In this document: positions 44,242 through 57,919 of the stretch, piece by piece
How positions within the stretch are numbered: the first letter of the stretch is position 1
Layout: each line of letters starts with the position of its first letter
DNA from: the human T2T-CHM13v2.0 reference genome, Homo sapiens
DNA: 64,000 nucleotides
Assembly: GCF_009914755.1 (NCBI RefSeq)
Contig: NC_060929.1
Direction: 5' to 3' (one strand)
The notes under the pieces: generated by a model
What the model was told of the DNA's origin: nothing
Database searches by the model: none
Seen by the model: the letters and a program-made list of their open reading frames with translations, nothing else
Made by a program: the position numbers and the translations under genes

Positions 44242-44953
44242 TCAATCAATAATTTTAAATAAATATATGGTATTGAAATGTATTACCTGGACATTCCCCT
44301 CTATCTTAGAAATGAGAGTATGCCCTAGAAATCAGATAATGTTTTATTGAAGAGTGTCTTGAAAGATAGACAACATTTTACCAAGAAAGTGTTAAGAGAG
44401 ATAAGTAGGAACAACTGCACAGTATATGGTGTAATTGAAGGATTAGAGCAGGGGAGATTGTGAAGGCAGGAAAGCTATTTCTTTTTTAATAAATTAGGTA
44501 TCAAGTAATGGAGACTTAAATTATGGCAGTAGAAATGAATTGAAAAAGACATATACAAGAGGCACTGGCAAAGTAGAAGCAGCCAGATAATGACAGACTC
44601 AATACAAATGATAAGAGAAAAACAAAAGTAGAAGTTGACTCTCACTTTTTTAGTTTGTTCAGCTGAGAAGATGACATTGCCATTAACCAACCTGCAGAAC
44701 AAGGTTGGAGAAACAGTTTGTGTGTATTTGAGCAGGTAGGGAATGGAGATGAACATTTAAGAAAATGTTACTTTGAAGTCCTAAGAGAATACCGTTGTGA
44801 TTGGAAATATGGGTCTGGATCTCAGAAGAGATTATTGATATAGATTTTGGGAACAACTCCTTTAGAGAAAAAAATAATCCATGAAAGAATAAAATTGCCA
44901 AGACAGACATTGAAAAGTGAAAAACAATGTGTCCAGGTACTTAGGTGGGTAAG

Positions 44954-45410
44954 TGTGTCGCTTCCTGTGGCTGCTATAACAAACGAACACAAACTGGGTG
45001 CTGTAAAACAGCAAAAGTTTATTATTTCTCAGTATTGGAGACCAGAAGTCCAAAATCAAGGTGTTGTCAAGGCTATACTCTCTTTGGAGGCCCCAGGGAA
45101 GAATCTGGTTTTTGTTTCTTCCAGTTTCTATTGGCTGTTGGTGTTCCCTGGCTTGTGGCTGTACCACTCCCATCTCAGCCTTCTCAGCTTTCATGGTCAC
45201 ATTGCCTCCTCCTCTCCATGTCTCTCTCTATGTGTTGGTTTTACAAAGGTACATGTGATTGTATTTAGGGCCCATCTGGATAATCCAGGATAAACTCCTT
45301 TCAAGATCCTTAACTTAATCATATTATTCACCATATAAAGTAAAATCCACAAGTTCCAGGGATTAAGATGTGGGCATAACTTTTTGGGGACCACAATTCA
45401 ACCTATTATA
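44954..45410 (-). mobile_element. MLT1-type ERVL-MaLR solo LTR
   Basis: ttcctgtggctgctataacaaa...ccagaagtccaaaatcaaggtg...tttagggcccatctggataatccagga...ggaccacaattcaacc are typical MLT1 segments. Confidence 0.75.
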
Positions 45411-46653
45411 GTAGGCTTAAAATCATAGAAGGATAGACAACAGGAAGCTGAAATAAAGCTCAAAGTGCAATATATCAAGTATATGTTAGAAGTTAAACAT
45501 GAAGGGAAAAAGATAAACAGAAGAGGTTTTCCACCAGAAGTAGAACATTTAAATTAGTGTATGTGCGTGTGTGTATGTATACATATTTTAGTTAAAGAAG
45601 TTTGACTATCTTCATAGTGTGAGTGAAAGAAACAAGTAAAAAATAAGATACTAAAAATAAGACAGGCAGCAGGTGAATTTAGATGAAAACCATGAGAGAA
45701 TAGAAAATAATTTTTAAGAGCATATGGTTGACCTTAAAAGCGGGAACAGTTTTTCCTTACAACTAGTAGAAAATGAAAACAGATAATATAAGGAAAAATG
45801 ACACAAGAAGAGAGCAATTGAATTTCTGTTTGGTCACATCTCTCAATGTGTGAATCATCTGAAAGTGAACTGATGGAAATGAGGTTGAGAATTTGAGAAG
45901 AGAGGAAAGAGAATATGGAAGAATCTCTGTAAGCAAGAGGGAGGAGTTAATTATCAATTCACTTGAGAGCCCAACTGAGGTAAAGGTGAGAGTAAATTTG
46001 AAGAGAATAGTCATGGTTAAGTGACAATGTTGAGCAGCTTAATAGGAAGCATAGAGAAAATGGATTGTCAGTGTAACTGCGTGTTGGAGGCTAAAAAGAA
46101 TGTTAGAGGAGTAATATAAATAGGTGAATGACTCTAGAGTGTCTGGAAGGGCATATTTTAAATGGTTGACTATGTAGTCTAATTATGTGAAGAGGTAAAT
46201 AAAGAAATGTAGGGCCAGATAGAAAGAATTAGAAGAGAAATACTATGTTAGTAAAAGTAATGGAGCAGGAGAGGATGATGAGGGTAAGAGAATACCAAAT
46301 ACTCTGCCTAAATTTTCAGAGGAGAGCAGAGCTATGGAAATAAACCCAACAGTCATTTCCTATAGAGTTGTGCACAGAACAGGCCAGATAATTATTGGAG
46401 CTATGATATATTTTTCATTACACCATTTGGCCTGGGATTTTGTGGCTTGGTAGAGATAGTTATAACAATAGATAAAAGTAAGATCCTCTTCCTCTTTTCC
46501 TTGCTAAAGATATGTTAACATCTTTGTCTAGCTGTTGTTTCTTGGAAAATTAAAGTCAATTTAAATGACGGCAAGGTTTTACTCAGTGATGATGAAGTAA
46601 GATGGAGAGAGAAAATGGAAACTTTAACCTCCTGGTTAAATTCTATTTAACCA

Positions 46654-46710
46654 GGACGCCGATTCGGGCTACAATGCGTGGCTTTCGTATGAATTGCAGC
46701 CGGCGGCGGT
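46654..46710 (+). other. 57-bp ectopic copy of PCDHA13 EC6 coding sequence; candidate 54-nt cassette exon at 46655-46708
   Basis: 56/57 identical to 49384-49440. Flanked by direct repeat GTTAAATTCTATT (46635-46647 and 46713-46725). Bounded by ccAG| and |GTAAGT. The confidence refers to the copy, not to exon usage. Confidence 0.9.
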
Positions 46711-47370
46711 AAGTTAAATTCTATTAAATCAATAGGATATTAGTTCCAGGCATATTTTATAAAAACAGAATCCAAAACCTTAGAGCATTGTTGTGGCTAA
46801 ATTATTGTGTTTATGCACATACACACACTCACATACAAAATCCCACACATATTGACTGAACACTTTCTTTTGAATATAAATATCTTATCTACATCTCAAG
46901 TCACATTGAGGGAAATTTATTAATATGATGTGCTTATTCAAAATCTGATATATCAGTTACCAATATTTTTCACCTTCACCGATTTTATTCTTATGTGATT
47001 GTTATGTTTCCTTTTGGAGTCAATGGCTGTTGTGTGAGGAGGTCTTGAAAAATATTACAGGAAGAGGACAGTACCACAAAAACCTACATGACTATGCAGA
47101 ACTACCGATCAATTGTCCCAAAACGAGTGTCGAATATTCTTTGTCTTAAAGTTCTGCATGGAATTCTTACACATGGAAAAATAAATTTGTGGCAAAATGA
47201 AACTCATCAACCAATTGTCAGCTAATATAAAATGTTGAGCAGAATGCAGTGATTTGCTGTTTCTGGGAAGGTAAACATTTAATCTTCAATTACATATTTG
47301 CAGTGAAAATGTCAGGAAATGCAAGGGGCAAAAAAATACTACATCAATGGAAAATATGAAGACTGAGTCA

Positions 47371-47415
47371 TACTTACACTTACACGTTCATGCGCATGGT
47401 GTCGCTCTTCACTGA
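47371..47415 (+). promoter_or_regulatory. alpha13 promoter CSE
   Basis: CACTTACA-N7-GCGCATGGTGTCGCTC with CGCT at 47403-47406. The upstream box is tandemly duplicated (tacttacacttacac). Confidence 0.85.
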
Positions 47416-47593
47416 GAACGTTTCCGCGAAGAAAGCCGCCGTTTCTTTCTTCCTGCAGAAAATATAGCAGAAAGCGGAATACCTCTTGCGAATCCTTCCG
47501 CACTAGGAAGCCATAAAAATTGGGCCTTGAGAGACAGTTTGAGGTAAGGCGTTGTATATATTGCAGATAGCTCTGAGGTTTTTGGAGTGTACC

Positions 47594-49987
47594 ATGCTGT
47601 CTTCCTGGCAAGGAGGCCCAAGACCGCGGCAACTACTGCTCTGGCTTCTGATCCTCGCAGCCTGGGAGACGGGTAGTGGCCAGCTCCACTACTCCGTCCC
47701 CGAGGAAGCAAAACACGGCACCTTCGTGGGCCGCATCGCTCAGGACCTGGGGCTGGAGCTGGCGGAGCTGGTGCCGCGCCTGTTCCGGGTGGCGTCCAAA
47801 AGACACGGGGACCTTCTGGAGGTAAATCTGCAGAATGGCATTTTGTTTGTGAATTCTCGGATCGACCGCGAGGAGCTGTGTGGGCGGAGCGCGGAGTGCA
47901 GCATCCACCTGGAGGTGATCGTGGACAGGCCTCTGCAGGTTTTCCATGTGGAGGTGAAGGTGAGGGACATTAACGACAACCCGCCCATATTCCCTGAAAG
48001 CAAGAAACGAATAATCATTGCAGAATCTAGACCTCCGGAAACTCGATTTCCACTAGATGGCGCATCCGATGCAGATATTGGAGTAAACTCGGCATTGACC
48101 TACCGACTGGATCCCAACGATTATTTCACTTTGGACGCACAAAACAGTCTTGAGCAAATGTCTTCATTATCACTTGTACTGAGGAAAACACTGGACAGAG
48201 AGGAAATTCAGGAACATAGTTTATTACTGACAGCCAGTGATGGAGGTAAACCCGAGCTGACTGGCACAGTTCAGCTGCTCATCACGATTCTGGACGTGAA
48301 TGACAACGCCCCGGAATTTTACCAATCCGTTTATAAAGTGACGGTGTTAGAGAACGCCTTCAATGGAACATTAGTGATCAAGCTAAATGCCACAGATCCT
48401 GATGATGGTACAAATGGAGATATAGTTTACTCATTTAGAAGGCCTGTATGGCCTGCAGTGGTATATGCATTTACCATAAATCCGAACAATGGAGAAATTA
48501 GGACAAAAGGCAAACTAGATTTCGAAGAAAAGAAATTATATGAAATATCCGTGGAGGCAGTTGACAAAGGAAATATTCCAATGGCGGGTCATTGTACCCT
48601 TTTGGTGGAAGTACTAGATGTAAATGATAACGCCCCAGAGGTTACCATCACTTCTTTGTCACTCCCCATCAGAGAAGACACTCAGCCTAGCGCCATTATT
48701 GCCCTAATCAGTGTGTCCGATCGTGACTCTGGCTCAAATGGACAGGTCACCTGCACCTTGACGCCGCATGTCCCCTTCAAGCTGGTGTCCACCTACAAGA
48801 ACTACTACTCATTAGTGCTGGACAGCGCCCTGGACCGCGAGAGCGTATCAGCCTATGAACTGGTGGTGACCGCGCGGGACGGGGGCTCGCCTTCGCTGTG
48901 GGCCACGGCCAGCGTGTCGGTGGGGGTGGCCGACGTGAACGACAACGCGCCGGCGTTCGCGCAGCCCGAGTACACGGTGTTCGTGAAGGAAAACAATCCG
49001 CCGGGCTGCCACATCTTCACGGTGTCTGCTCAGGACGCGGACGCACAGGAGAACGCGCTGGTCTCCTACTCGCTGGTGGAGCGGCGGGTGGGCGAGCGTG
49101 CGCTGTCGAGCTACGTGTCGGTGCACGCGGAGAGCGGCAAGGTGTACGCGCTGCAGCCGTTGGACCACGAGGAGCTGGAGCTGTTGCAGTTCCAGGTGAG
49201 CGCGCGCGACTCTGGCGTGCCGCCTCTGGGCAGCAACGTGACGCTGCAGGTGTTCGTGCTGGACGAGAACGACAACGCTCCGGCGCTGCTGACGCCCGGG
49301 GCTGGCAGCGCGGGAGGCACAGTGAGCGAGCTGATGCCGCGGTCGGTGGGTGCAGGCCACGTGGTGGCGAAGGTGCGCGCGGTGGACGCCGATTCGGGCT
49401 ACAATGCGTGGCTTTCGTATGAATTGCAGCTGGCGGCGGTCGGCGCGCGCATCCCGTTCCGCGTGGGGCTGTACACTGGCGAGATCAGCACGACGCGCCC
49501 TCTGGACGAGGTGGACGCGCCGCACCACCGCCTTCTGGTGCTGGTGAAGGACCACGGTGAGCCCGCGCTGACGGCCACGGCAACGGTGCTGTTGTCGCTG
49601 GTGGAGAGCGGCCAAGCGCCACAGGCTTCGTCGAGGGCGTCGGCAGGCGCTGTGGGTCCAGAAGCGGCGCTGGTGGATGTCAATGTTTACTTGATCATTG
49701 CCATCTGCGCGGTGTCCAGCCTGTTGGTGCTCACGTTGCTGCTGTATACTGCGCTGCGGTGCTCGGCACCGCCCACCGAGGGCGCGTGCGCGCCGGGCAA
49801 GCCCACTCTAGTGTGCTCCAGCGCGGCAGGGAGTTGGTCGTACTCGCAGCAGAGGCGGCCGAGGGTGTGCTCTGGGGAGGGCCCGCATAAGACGGACCTC
49901 ATGGCCTTCAGTCCCAGCCTTCCTCCTTGTCTGGGTTCTGCAGAGGGAACAGGCCAGAGGGAGGAGGACTCAGAATGCTTGAAAGAG
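47594..49987 (+). CDS. PCDHA13: Protocadherin alpha-13 variable exon (798 codons)
   Basis: accATG start ([16 protein letters not shown]), six EC repeats, TM. Phase-0 donor GAG|GTAAGC at 49987/49988. Confidence 0.95.
48050..48063 (+). promoter_or_regulatory. eCBS of alpha13
   Basis: CCACTAGATGGCGC is an exact CTCF core match and encodes FPLDGA. Confidence 0.85.
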
Positions 49988-51614
49988 GTAAGCTTATATT
50001 TTAAAAAATTGTCTTAGTAAACACTTTAGCCTTCCTTGCAGTTGTTTGTTTAAGACATCTTTCCTGCCAATTTCAAATTATTCTTTACTTTAATTTTAAT
50101 TTTGCTAGTTGTTATCGAATTTAACAACTCTGCTGTGGACATTATGTGTTGGATTATCCTTCAGAGTGAAATCTTAACTCACAAACCATAATGAAATGTG
50201 CAAAACAAGAATATTTTGTTTCTGTTGTATTCTTAATAGTTCTAAGTATTTATCTTGCAATTGAGCATTTACAAAAAATTCCTCACGTTGTGAGAACTTA
50301 AACATTTAGAAAATGTTTGTTTTAATGAGGCTAATCGTAATCTTAAATTTAAAAAATTTTTAGTTTAATGTATACATATACCCACAAGATATTATTTTAA
50401 AGAGCCCCATAACTTTTCACATAAATGCTTTTTTTAAGTGCACTTTTCTTTCTTTCTTTTTTTAAACTGTTTTGATTGTCTCTACTTTTTTGTCCTCTAG
50501 GCACATCAGTGTTCCCCTCTCATATATCCCATGAAAAATATCTTGTGATTCTGCTTTCAATTTTTTATTTGCATTCAGATAATTACTCATACATATATAT
50601 ATACATATATAGAGAGAGACCTGGTAGGCTTTTTGTTATTATTTCTTTTCCAAAGTTTGAAGGGATTTCCAAAAGGTACTGGTGACTGAAAGTACCTTTT
50701 GGCAGTCCCTGCAAATCTAATGGTTTTAATAGCTGTGTAGTATTCCACAGTGTAAGTGTGCAATTATATATTATTTACCTAATGATGGGCAATCACTTTG
50801 TGTCAAGTGTTCTGTTATCTTCATGAACCATGCTGTGCTATCATTTCATATATTTCCCAAAATATTGGTGTTATTTCTACGAAATTGATTGTCAGATGTG
50901 GAATTGATGCATCAAAGATATTAATAATTTTAATTATAAAATATGTCACTGGATTGCCTTCCAAGTATTTTGGAACCAACCAGTTATGAGCACTCTTTCT
51001 ATCTCAAGAAGCAATAGTGGTTTTACTTTCTGCTAATGTGATCTCTGTGAAATGATATTTCACTGTTACTTTAATTTTAAATTCCTGTATAGTATTAGTG
51101 AATTTGAGCATATTGTCATATGTATTTTGTTGATTTGTATTTGATCTTCTTTGATTTATCCATTAAGTTATTTGCCTACTTTTCTATTGAAAAAAAATTT
51201 TTAGTTTCAGTTTGGAAAAGTTCTCTGTACCTTATAGATATTAACTGTTTATCTATTTTTTGACATTTTTAATTAAAATTTTTATTTTGAGATAATTATA
51301 GATTCGCATGTGGTTGAAAGAAATAGTAAAGGGAGATGCTATGTATTCTTCACTAAGTTTTCCCCAATAGTAACATCTTACAAAAGCGTAGGGCCATACC
51401 ACAACCTGGATATTGACATTGATACAGTAAAGAAGTAACATAGTTCCGTAACAACCAGATTCTTGATATCACCTTTTTATAGCCACATCTGCTTCCCTGC
51501 CTAATGCTGGCAAGCAGTAATCTGTTCTCCATTTCTCTAATTTTGTTACTTTTACTTCAGAAATAAATAAAAGTATCTCTATTTATAGATAAAATTTTTT
51601 AAAATTATTTTTAT

Positions 51615-51700
51615 ATTTATTTATTTTTTATTACACTTTAAGTTCTGGGATACATGTGCAGAACGTGCAGGTTTGTTACATAGGTGTACATGCCATGGTG
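51615..51700 (-). mobile_element. Very short L1PA 3'-end fragment
   Basis: ttacactttaagttctgggatacatgtgcagaacgtgcaggtttgttacatagg is the antisense L1 3' terminus. Confidence 0.75.
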
Positions 51701-51871
51701 TGCTTATCTATTATCTGCATCACAAATATGTTTTCCTCCTATATTATTTCTATTCATTTGTTTGTACTAATTTTGTCATATATAAATGTTTTTAAAATGT
51801 ATGAATTAAAATATATCTTTTTCCTTTTATGGATTTTAAGGTCTGCATATTCAGTTAGAAAGGTCTTCCCA

Positions 51872-52203
<332 letters not shown>

Positions 52204-52410
52204 TCATTAATTAAATGCATTTAATAAATACTTATTGAGTGTTCTCTATGTGCCAGGCATGTTCTACACATTAGACATTTAGCAACGAAATTTATTATTT
52301 TGTAAATCCAAATTTCCAGTTGGTATCACTTTCCTACTGCCTGAAAAATTTCTTTAATATTTTTTATAGTGCATATGTTCTGGCAACAAATTCACTCAGC
52401 TTTTGTCTGA

Positions 52411-52718
<308 letters not shown>

Positions 52719-53572
52719 CTCTTTATCTCATTTTTATTTTTGAAAAAGTATTTTCACTGGGCATAGTTGACAGTTTTTTAAAAGATATAATTCAGTTGTC
52801 TTCTGGCTTGCATAGTTTCTAATAAGATGTTTGCTTTTTTATATATGAGTCTTCCTCTCCCCACCCCTCATGGTTACTGTTAAAACTTTTCTTTTTATCC
52901 TGACTTTTGCAGATTGATTGTGATGTGCTTTAGTATGGTTTTCTTTATGTTAGTCTGTTGGGGTTTGTTGATATTCTTGGATCTGTGGATTTATCATTTT
53001 CATCAAATTCAGGAAAAAATCAACCATACTTCTTCTAATAGTTTTTTCTTTCCTTCCATCCTTTCTGAGACTCCAGTAACACATATGTTACAATGACACA
53101 GGTCATTGAAGCGTTCTTTATTTTTGTCCATTTCTTTCTCTGTGCCTCATTTTGAATATCTTTTATTGACATATTTTCCAAGTTCACTAATTTTTCCTTT
53201 TGTAGTATCATATCTGTTAATCCTAAACAGTGTATTCTTCATTTCAGAGACCATATTTATTTCTTATCTGTATAAGATTCTTTTTGTCTCTTTTAAAATT
53301 TATTTTACATGTCTCCACCGAATAGTCATCTTTTTATCTATATGTTTGAGCATATTAGTACATGTATAATAGATGTTTTAACTTTCTTGTCTGCTAATTT
53401 CAACATTTTTGTCCTTAGTTTGCTTCTTTTAATCTATCTTCTTCTATGGATATATTTTCTTGCTGTTTTGCATGACTGGTAATCTCTAATAAGATGCTAG
53501 ACATTGTGAATTTTACATTGTCGGATGCTGGATTTTGTGTGTGTGTGCATGTGTGTGCGTGTTCCTTTAAAG

Positions 53573-53817
53573 CAGTAGTTCTTGATAAGAAACAGTTTTG
53601 TCCCCTCTACCCCCTACCCAGGAGATAATTTGGCAATGCCTGGATACATTTTTGGTTATTACAACTAGGGAATTGCTACTGGCATCTAATAATGGAGCTC
53701 TGAGATGCTGCTAAACACCATCCAATTGCTGCCAAACATCCTACCGTGCACAGGACAGCCGCCCAACAATAAAGAATTAGCTCAAAATGTCAGTAGTTCC
53801 ACTGTTGAGAAACTCTG
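53573..53817. mobile_element. MER20 hAT-Charlie DNA transposon with intact 8-bp TSD
   Basis: Termini CAGtagttct...agaaactCTG, internal tttggcaatgcctggatacatttttgg and gctactggcatc, TSD CTTTAAAG at 53565-53572 and 53818-53825. Confidence 0.85.
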
Positions 53818-55358
53818 CTTTAAAGAGTCTTGGACTTAGTTCTGACGTGAAGTTAAGTTGCTCAGTACCAATTTATTCCTTTCAAGGCTTCATTTTAAGA
53901 TTTGTTAGTACACATTCAGAGCAGCTTTTAGTGTAGCACTAATTCGGCCTTCTATTACAGCAATACTTTCCTGAGGACACCACCTAATGCCCTGTGCATT
54001 AAGAGGTCTCTCTTCTCTGATTGGTAGGAATGTGAAATATTTCCAGCCCTTTGTGAGCTCTAGGAATTATTCTACCCACTTTTTTTTTTAATTTTGAAGG
54101 GATAGCCTGATCTGGGGAGGTTGATCAGTGATCTGTGATCTGTGATCACATCACTCCACTGCAGCCTGGTGACAGAGTGAGACCATGTCTCAACATAAAA
54201 ATTAAAACATTAGAATTGAGGTTTAATGTTATCAAATATTTTATCTGCATCTTTTGAGGGAGGTATAAATTTTTTCTTTGGCAATGTTAATGTGTTGAAT
54301 TTATGATTTATGATTTTCTTATGGCAAACCAACCTCTACTTCCTTGGATAACCGTAATTTGATTATAATTTATAATCCTTTTAATATACTACTTATTTTG
54401 TTAAATTTTCAAAACAATTTTTTCATCTTTATTCCAGGTGATACTGATATGTCCTAGTTTTTCTTCCTAATTTCTTCTTTGTTAAGTATTCAAGTTATAA
54501 ATAAGAATCTAGCATAACTTGAATACTTAACAAAGAAGAATAGTCTTTGAAAACTTCCAGAAAATTTTCTGTTTCCTGTAAAAGTTTGTATAATCTTTGA
54601 ATTACTTCTTATTTGATTGGAGAACTCACTGTTGAAGTTATCTGTATCAGGATTTTGATTGGTGGGAATATTTCTGATTACTGACTCAATTTTAATAGTA
54701 TAAGGACCATTCAGAGTTTAATTTACTCGAGTCAGTTACGTAGATAATATTTTTTCAGGTATTTTCCTGTTTAATCTAAATTTTCAGTTATATGCTCATA
54801 CTTTCTACAGAATCTATAGTGATATTTCCCTTTCCATTCTTGATATTATTTTTGCTTCCTGTCTAATTTACTTTTCTTCAGAATTCTGCTTTCTGATTTT
54901 TGTTTTTGCTTTGAAATATTTTTATATTAATTATACTGATTCATTTCTCTTCTTTTCATTTGTGTTTGCAGGAGATGTCCTCTTCCCAGCCTTTTATTTT
55001 AAACCTTTTAGTATTATGGGCATATTCCACAAGTTCTTTGCTACTGTCTCACTGAGTAGCAGAGTCTAATTTTTCTTTCCTTGAACTTTGACTGGTCTTA
55101 ATATTGGAAGTAACATTCTGGGATTTATGAAGTCAGGTCATAAGAAGTCTTACAGTATGCTTTGGTCTCTGAGAATATTTGTTTTGGGGGAAGCCTGCCA
55201 CCATGTAAGAATTCTGACTACCTTGAGATTGTCATACTGTAAAGAAGCTCAAGCTGGACTTGTGAGAAGCCAAATGGATAGAAAAATTACTATCCAGTCT
55301 CCAGTTGTCTTAGCTTTCCAAGCTTAGGTGCCAGAAAAATGTAGAAGGCTTCAGGTGA

Positions 55359-55576
55359 CTGTAGTGTGTTGGAGCTGGCTCTTTTACTGGCTTATGAGAA
55401 CTGATAATGCAAATTTATTCCCAACTCTGGATTCAATGATGTCACTTTGGTAGCTTGAAATTGGCCATGGTAGGAGTATTTCTGCCACAGAAATAGGCAA
55501 ATGCTACAAAACAGAGTTTTTTGTTTTTCTTTTTTCCCAGAGACCTAGTTGTTAAGCATTTACCAGTACACTACTG
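55359..55576. mobile_element. MER63-like hAT MITE, apparently nested in an old MLT1 LTR (about 55090-55695)
   Basis: ctgtagtgtgttggagctggctc...ggtagcttgaaattggccatgg...catttaccagtacactactg, with inverted termini. Confidence 0.7.
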
Positions 55577-56574
55577 CACCTGATTGCAAGCAAGAACCAC
55601 TCAGTTGAGTCAGAACCAGGAGAGGTAATATTAAGTTGTTTTAAGATATTAGGTAGTTGGGATGGTTTACTATATAGCAATGGATAACCTGAACAAGTAC
55701 TCTTTCTTAGATAATCTATAAATTTTAACTTGAATATTTATTTAGTTTATATTTACAATACCTAGTGATATCTTTAGGCACAAATATTTCAATTTTTTGT
55801 GCGTTATTTTTGTCTCACCATTTTTATGTCTCTATTTCCTTCCTTTGTTGATCTTCTTTTGAAATGACTGAGTACTTTTTATTGTTCCATTTCCTTCTGT
55901 ATTATTTGGAAGCCCTTTTCCGAATAGCTAGTGCTTACCCTAGAAAATTAAGCATGTATCCTTGATATATCAAAATCAAAAGTTAACTGAAACCCTTCCT
56001 CCTTCTGGGAAATGCAGGGACCTTACATTTTTAAAATCTTTTTAATCCCTTTTGACTTATATACTATTTCTGTCATGCTTTAAAAATATTTTAAAACCCC
56101 ATAAGATATTAGTATTATTTTATACAATCAACATTGTTTTAAATGTACTTACATATTTACCAGTTTTGTTTCTCTTCCTTACTTCTTGCCCCTCTGACCT
56201 TTCATCAGGGATTATTGTCTTTCCATGTTAGAATAATTTGAGAGTTTCCTTTAGTCCAAAGATGCTGGTGAGGAATGATTTCAGGTTTTGTTTTTCTGAA
56301 AATGTCTTTATTTCATCATAATTATTGAAAAGCATTTTTTCTGAGGGTATAATCTTAGGTGTGACCCCCACAGCACATAGTAAATATTATTCCAGTGTCT
56401 ACTGGTTTCCATTGTTGCTGTCAAGAATTTAGCTGTCAATCTAAATGTCATTCCTTTAAAGGTATTCTGTTTATTTTCCTTTGGCTGCTTTTCAGATTTT
56501 CTGTGTGTCTGATATTTTGCAGTTTTACCATGCTGTGTCTTTATAATCATCCTGTTCTGGATTCAGTAGGATTT

Positions 56575-56766
56575 TTTTTAATTTTTAATTTTTCCGTAAG
56601 TTATTGGGGGTACAGGTGGTATTTGATTACATGAGTAAGTTCTTTGGTGGTGATTTGTGAGATTTTGGTGCATCCATCACCTGAGCAGTATACATTGCAC
56701 CATATTTGCAATCTTTTATCCCTCGCCACCCCCCACTCTTGCCCCCAAGTCCCCAACGTCCATTGT
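56575..56766 (-). mobile_element. Short 5'-truncated L1 (L1PB-like) 3' end
   Basis: ggggtacaggtggtatttgattacatgagtaagttcttt...gattttggtgcatccatcacc, flanked by taggattttt on both sides. Confidence 0.7.
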
Positions 56767-57013
56767 ATAGGATTTTTGAATTTGTGAATTAATGCCTTTA
56801 CATCACTTTGAGCATATCCTCAGCTATAATGTTCTCCAATGTTGCTTCTGTTCCATTGTATTTCTATAGTATTATTTTAGTACTCTAATTAAACATATTT
56901 TAATCTTATTACTCTATCCCATCTATTTCTACCTTTTATTTTAACACCTTTTGCTCTTTGGGCTTTATTGTGGATAGTTCACCCACCTTAAAGTTTAATA
57001 ATTCTCTCTTCTT

Positions 57014-57356
57014 GCTGTTGTCTGAATTTGTACCCCCAAATTCATGTGTTGAAAATTCAATCCCTTATACAACAGTGTTGGGAGGTGGGGAATTTCAGGA
57101 AATGTTTAGATTATGAGGGATCTGCCCTCATGAATAAATTAACGGCACTGTAAAAGGACTTGATGGAAGGAGCCTGTCCCTCTCTTATGCTTTTGGCTCT
57201 GTCATGTGACGATGCAGCAAGAAGATCTTCACCAGATGCTGGTGCCTTGATCTTGGACTTCCCCTAGGCTCCAGAATTGTGAGAAGTAAATTTCCGTTCT
57301 CATAAATTACTCAGTCTGTGGCATTCTGTTATAGCAGCACAAATGGTCTAAGATAC
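57014..57356 (+). mobile_element. MST-type ERVL-MaLR solo LTR
   Basis: cccccaaattcatgtgttgaaa...gccttgatcttggacttccc...tgttatagcagcacaaatggtctaaga. Confidence 0.8.
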
Positions 57357-57919
57357 TTTTATTTATTCTTTTTCAAATTTATTGTTACTTTGTATAATTT
57401 CTAGTTTCCTCTCGAAACTTTCAAGCTTGGCATTTATATCTGGAACACAATAAGCTCATGGTTTTAGCGTCTATTTCTGATATGTCCAGTAACTGGGATC
57501 CTCATGGGTCTATTCCTGTGGTGTGTTTTAAAATTGTATCTTTATGGTGTTTTGTCTCCACATAAACCTGGTTATCTTTGATTTTGTGCTGAAAGTTGTA
57601 TTAAACACTTCTTCCTGGAAATAATTTGGGGCTTATAACATTTTCTTTCTCCAGAATGGATTTTAATTGACTTTTGCCAGGCATCTTGGGGCACTAGCAA
57701 TCATGGGTAATCTTAATCTATTTCAAGCTTCAGGTATTCTAGATAAAACCTCATTATCTAAAATTTACATGTATTCTTTAAGTACGGTTATTCAGTTTCC
57801 TAGCCAAACATGAGAGATTGTTTAAGAAGTTCCACCATGACTGGTAGACTCAGGATTCTGACTTTTGTTTCTCTAGTCCTTGGAGACTGTCAAAAGTATA
57901 TCTCAGTATTCATTCACCT

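Noticed and set aside
44955-44965. TGTCGCT, resembling an orphan CSE
   Set aside because: It lies at the terminus of an MLT1-type LTR, lacks the CCAC half and the upstream box, and has no exon downstream.
44847-45293. Cluster of 100-150 aa ORFs between alpha12 and alpha13
   Set aside because: They coincide with the MLT1 LTR and show no recognisable protein motifs.
47552-47593. ORF-track N-terminal extensions of alpha13 (and of alpha10 at 21323)
   Set aside because: They start at non-ATG codons, and the downstream ATGs align with paralogue signal peptides.
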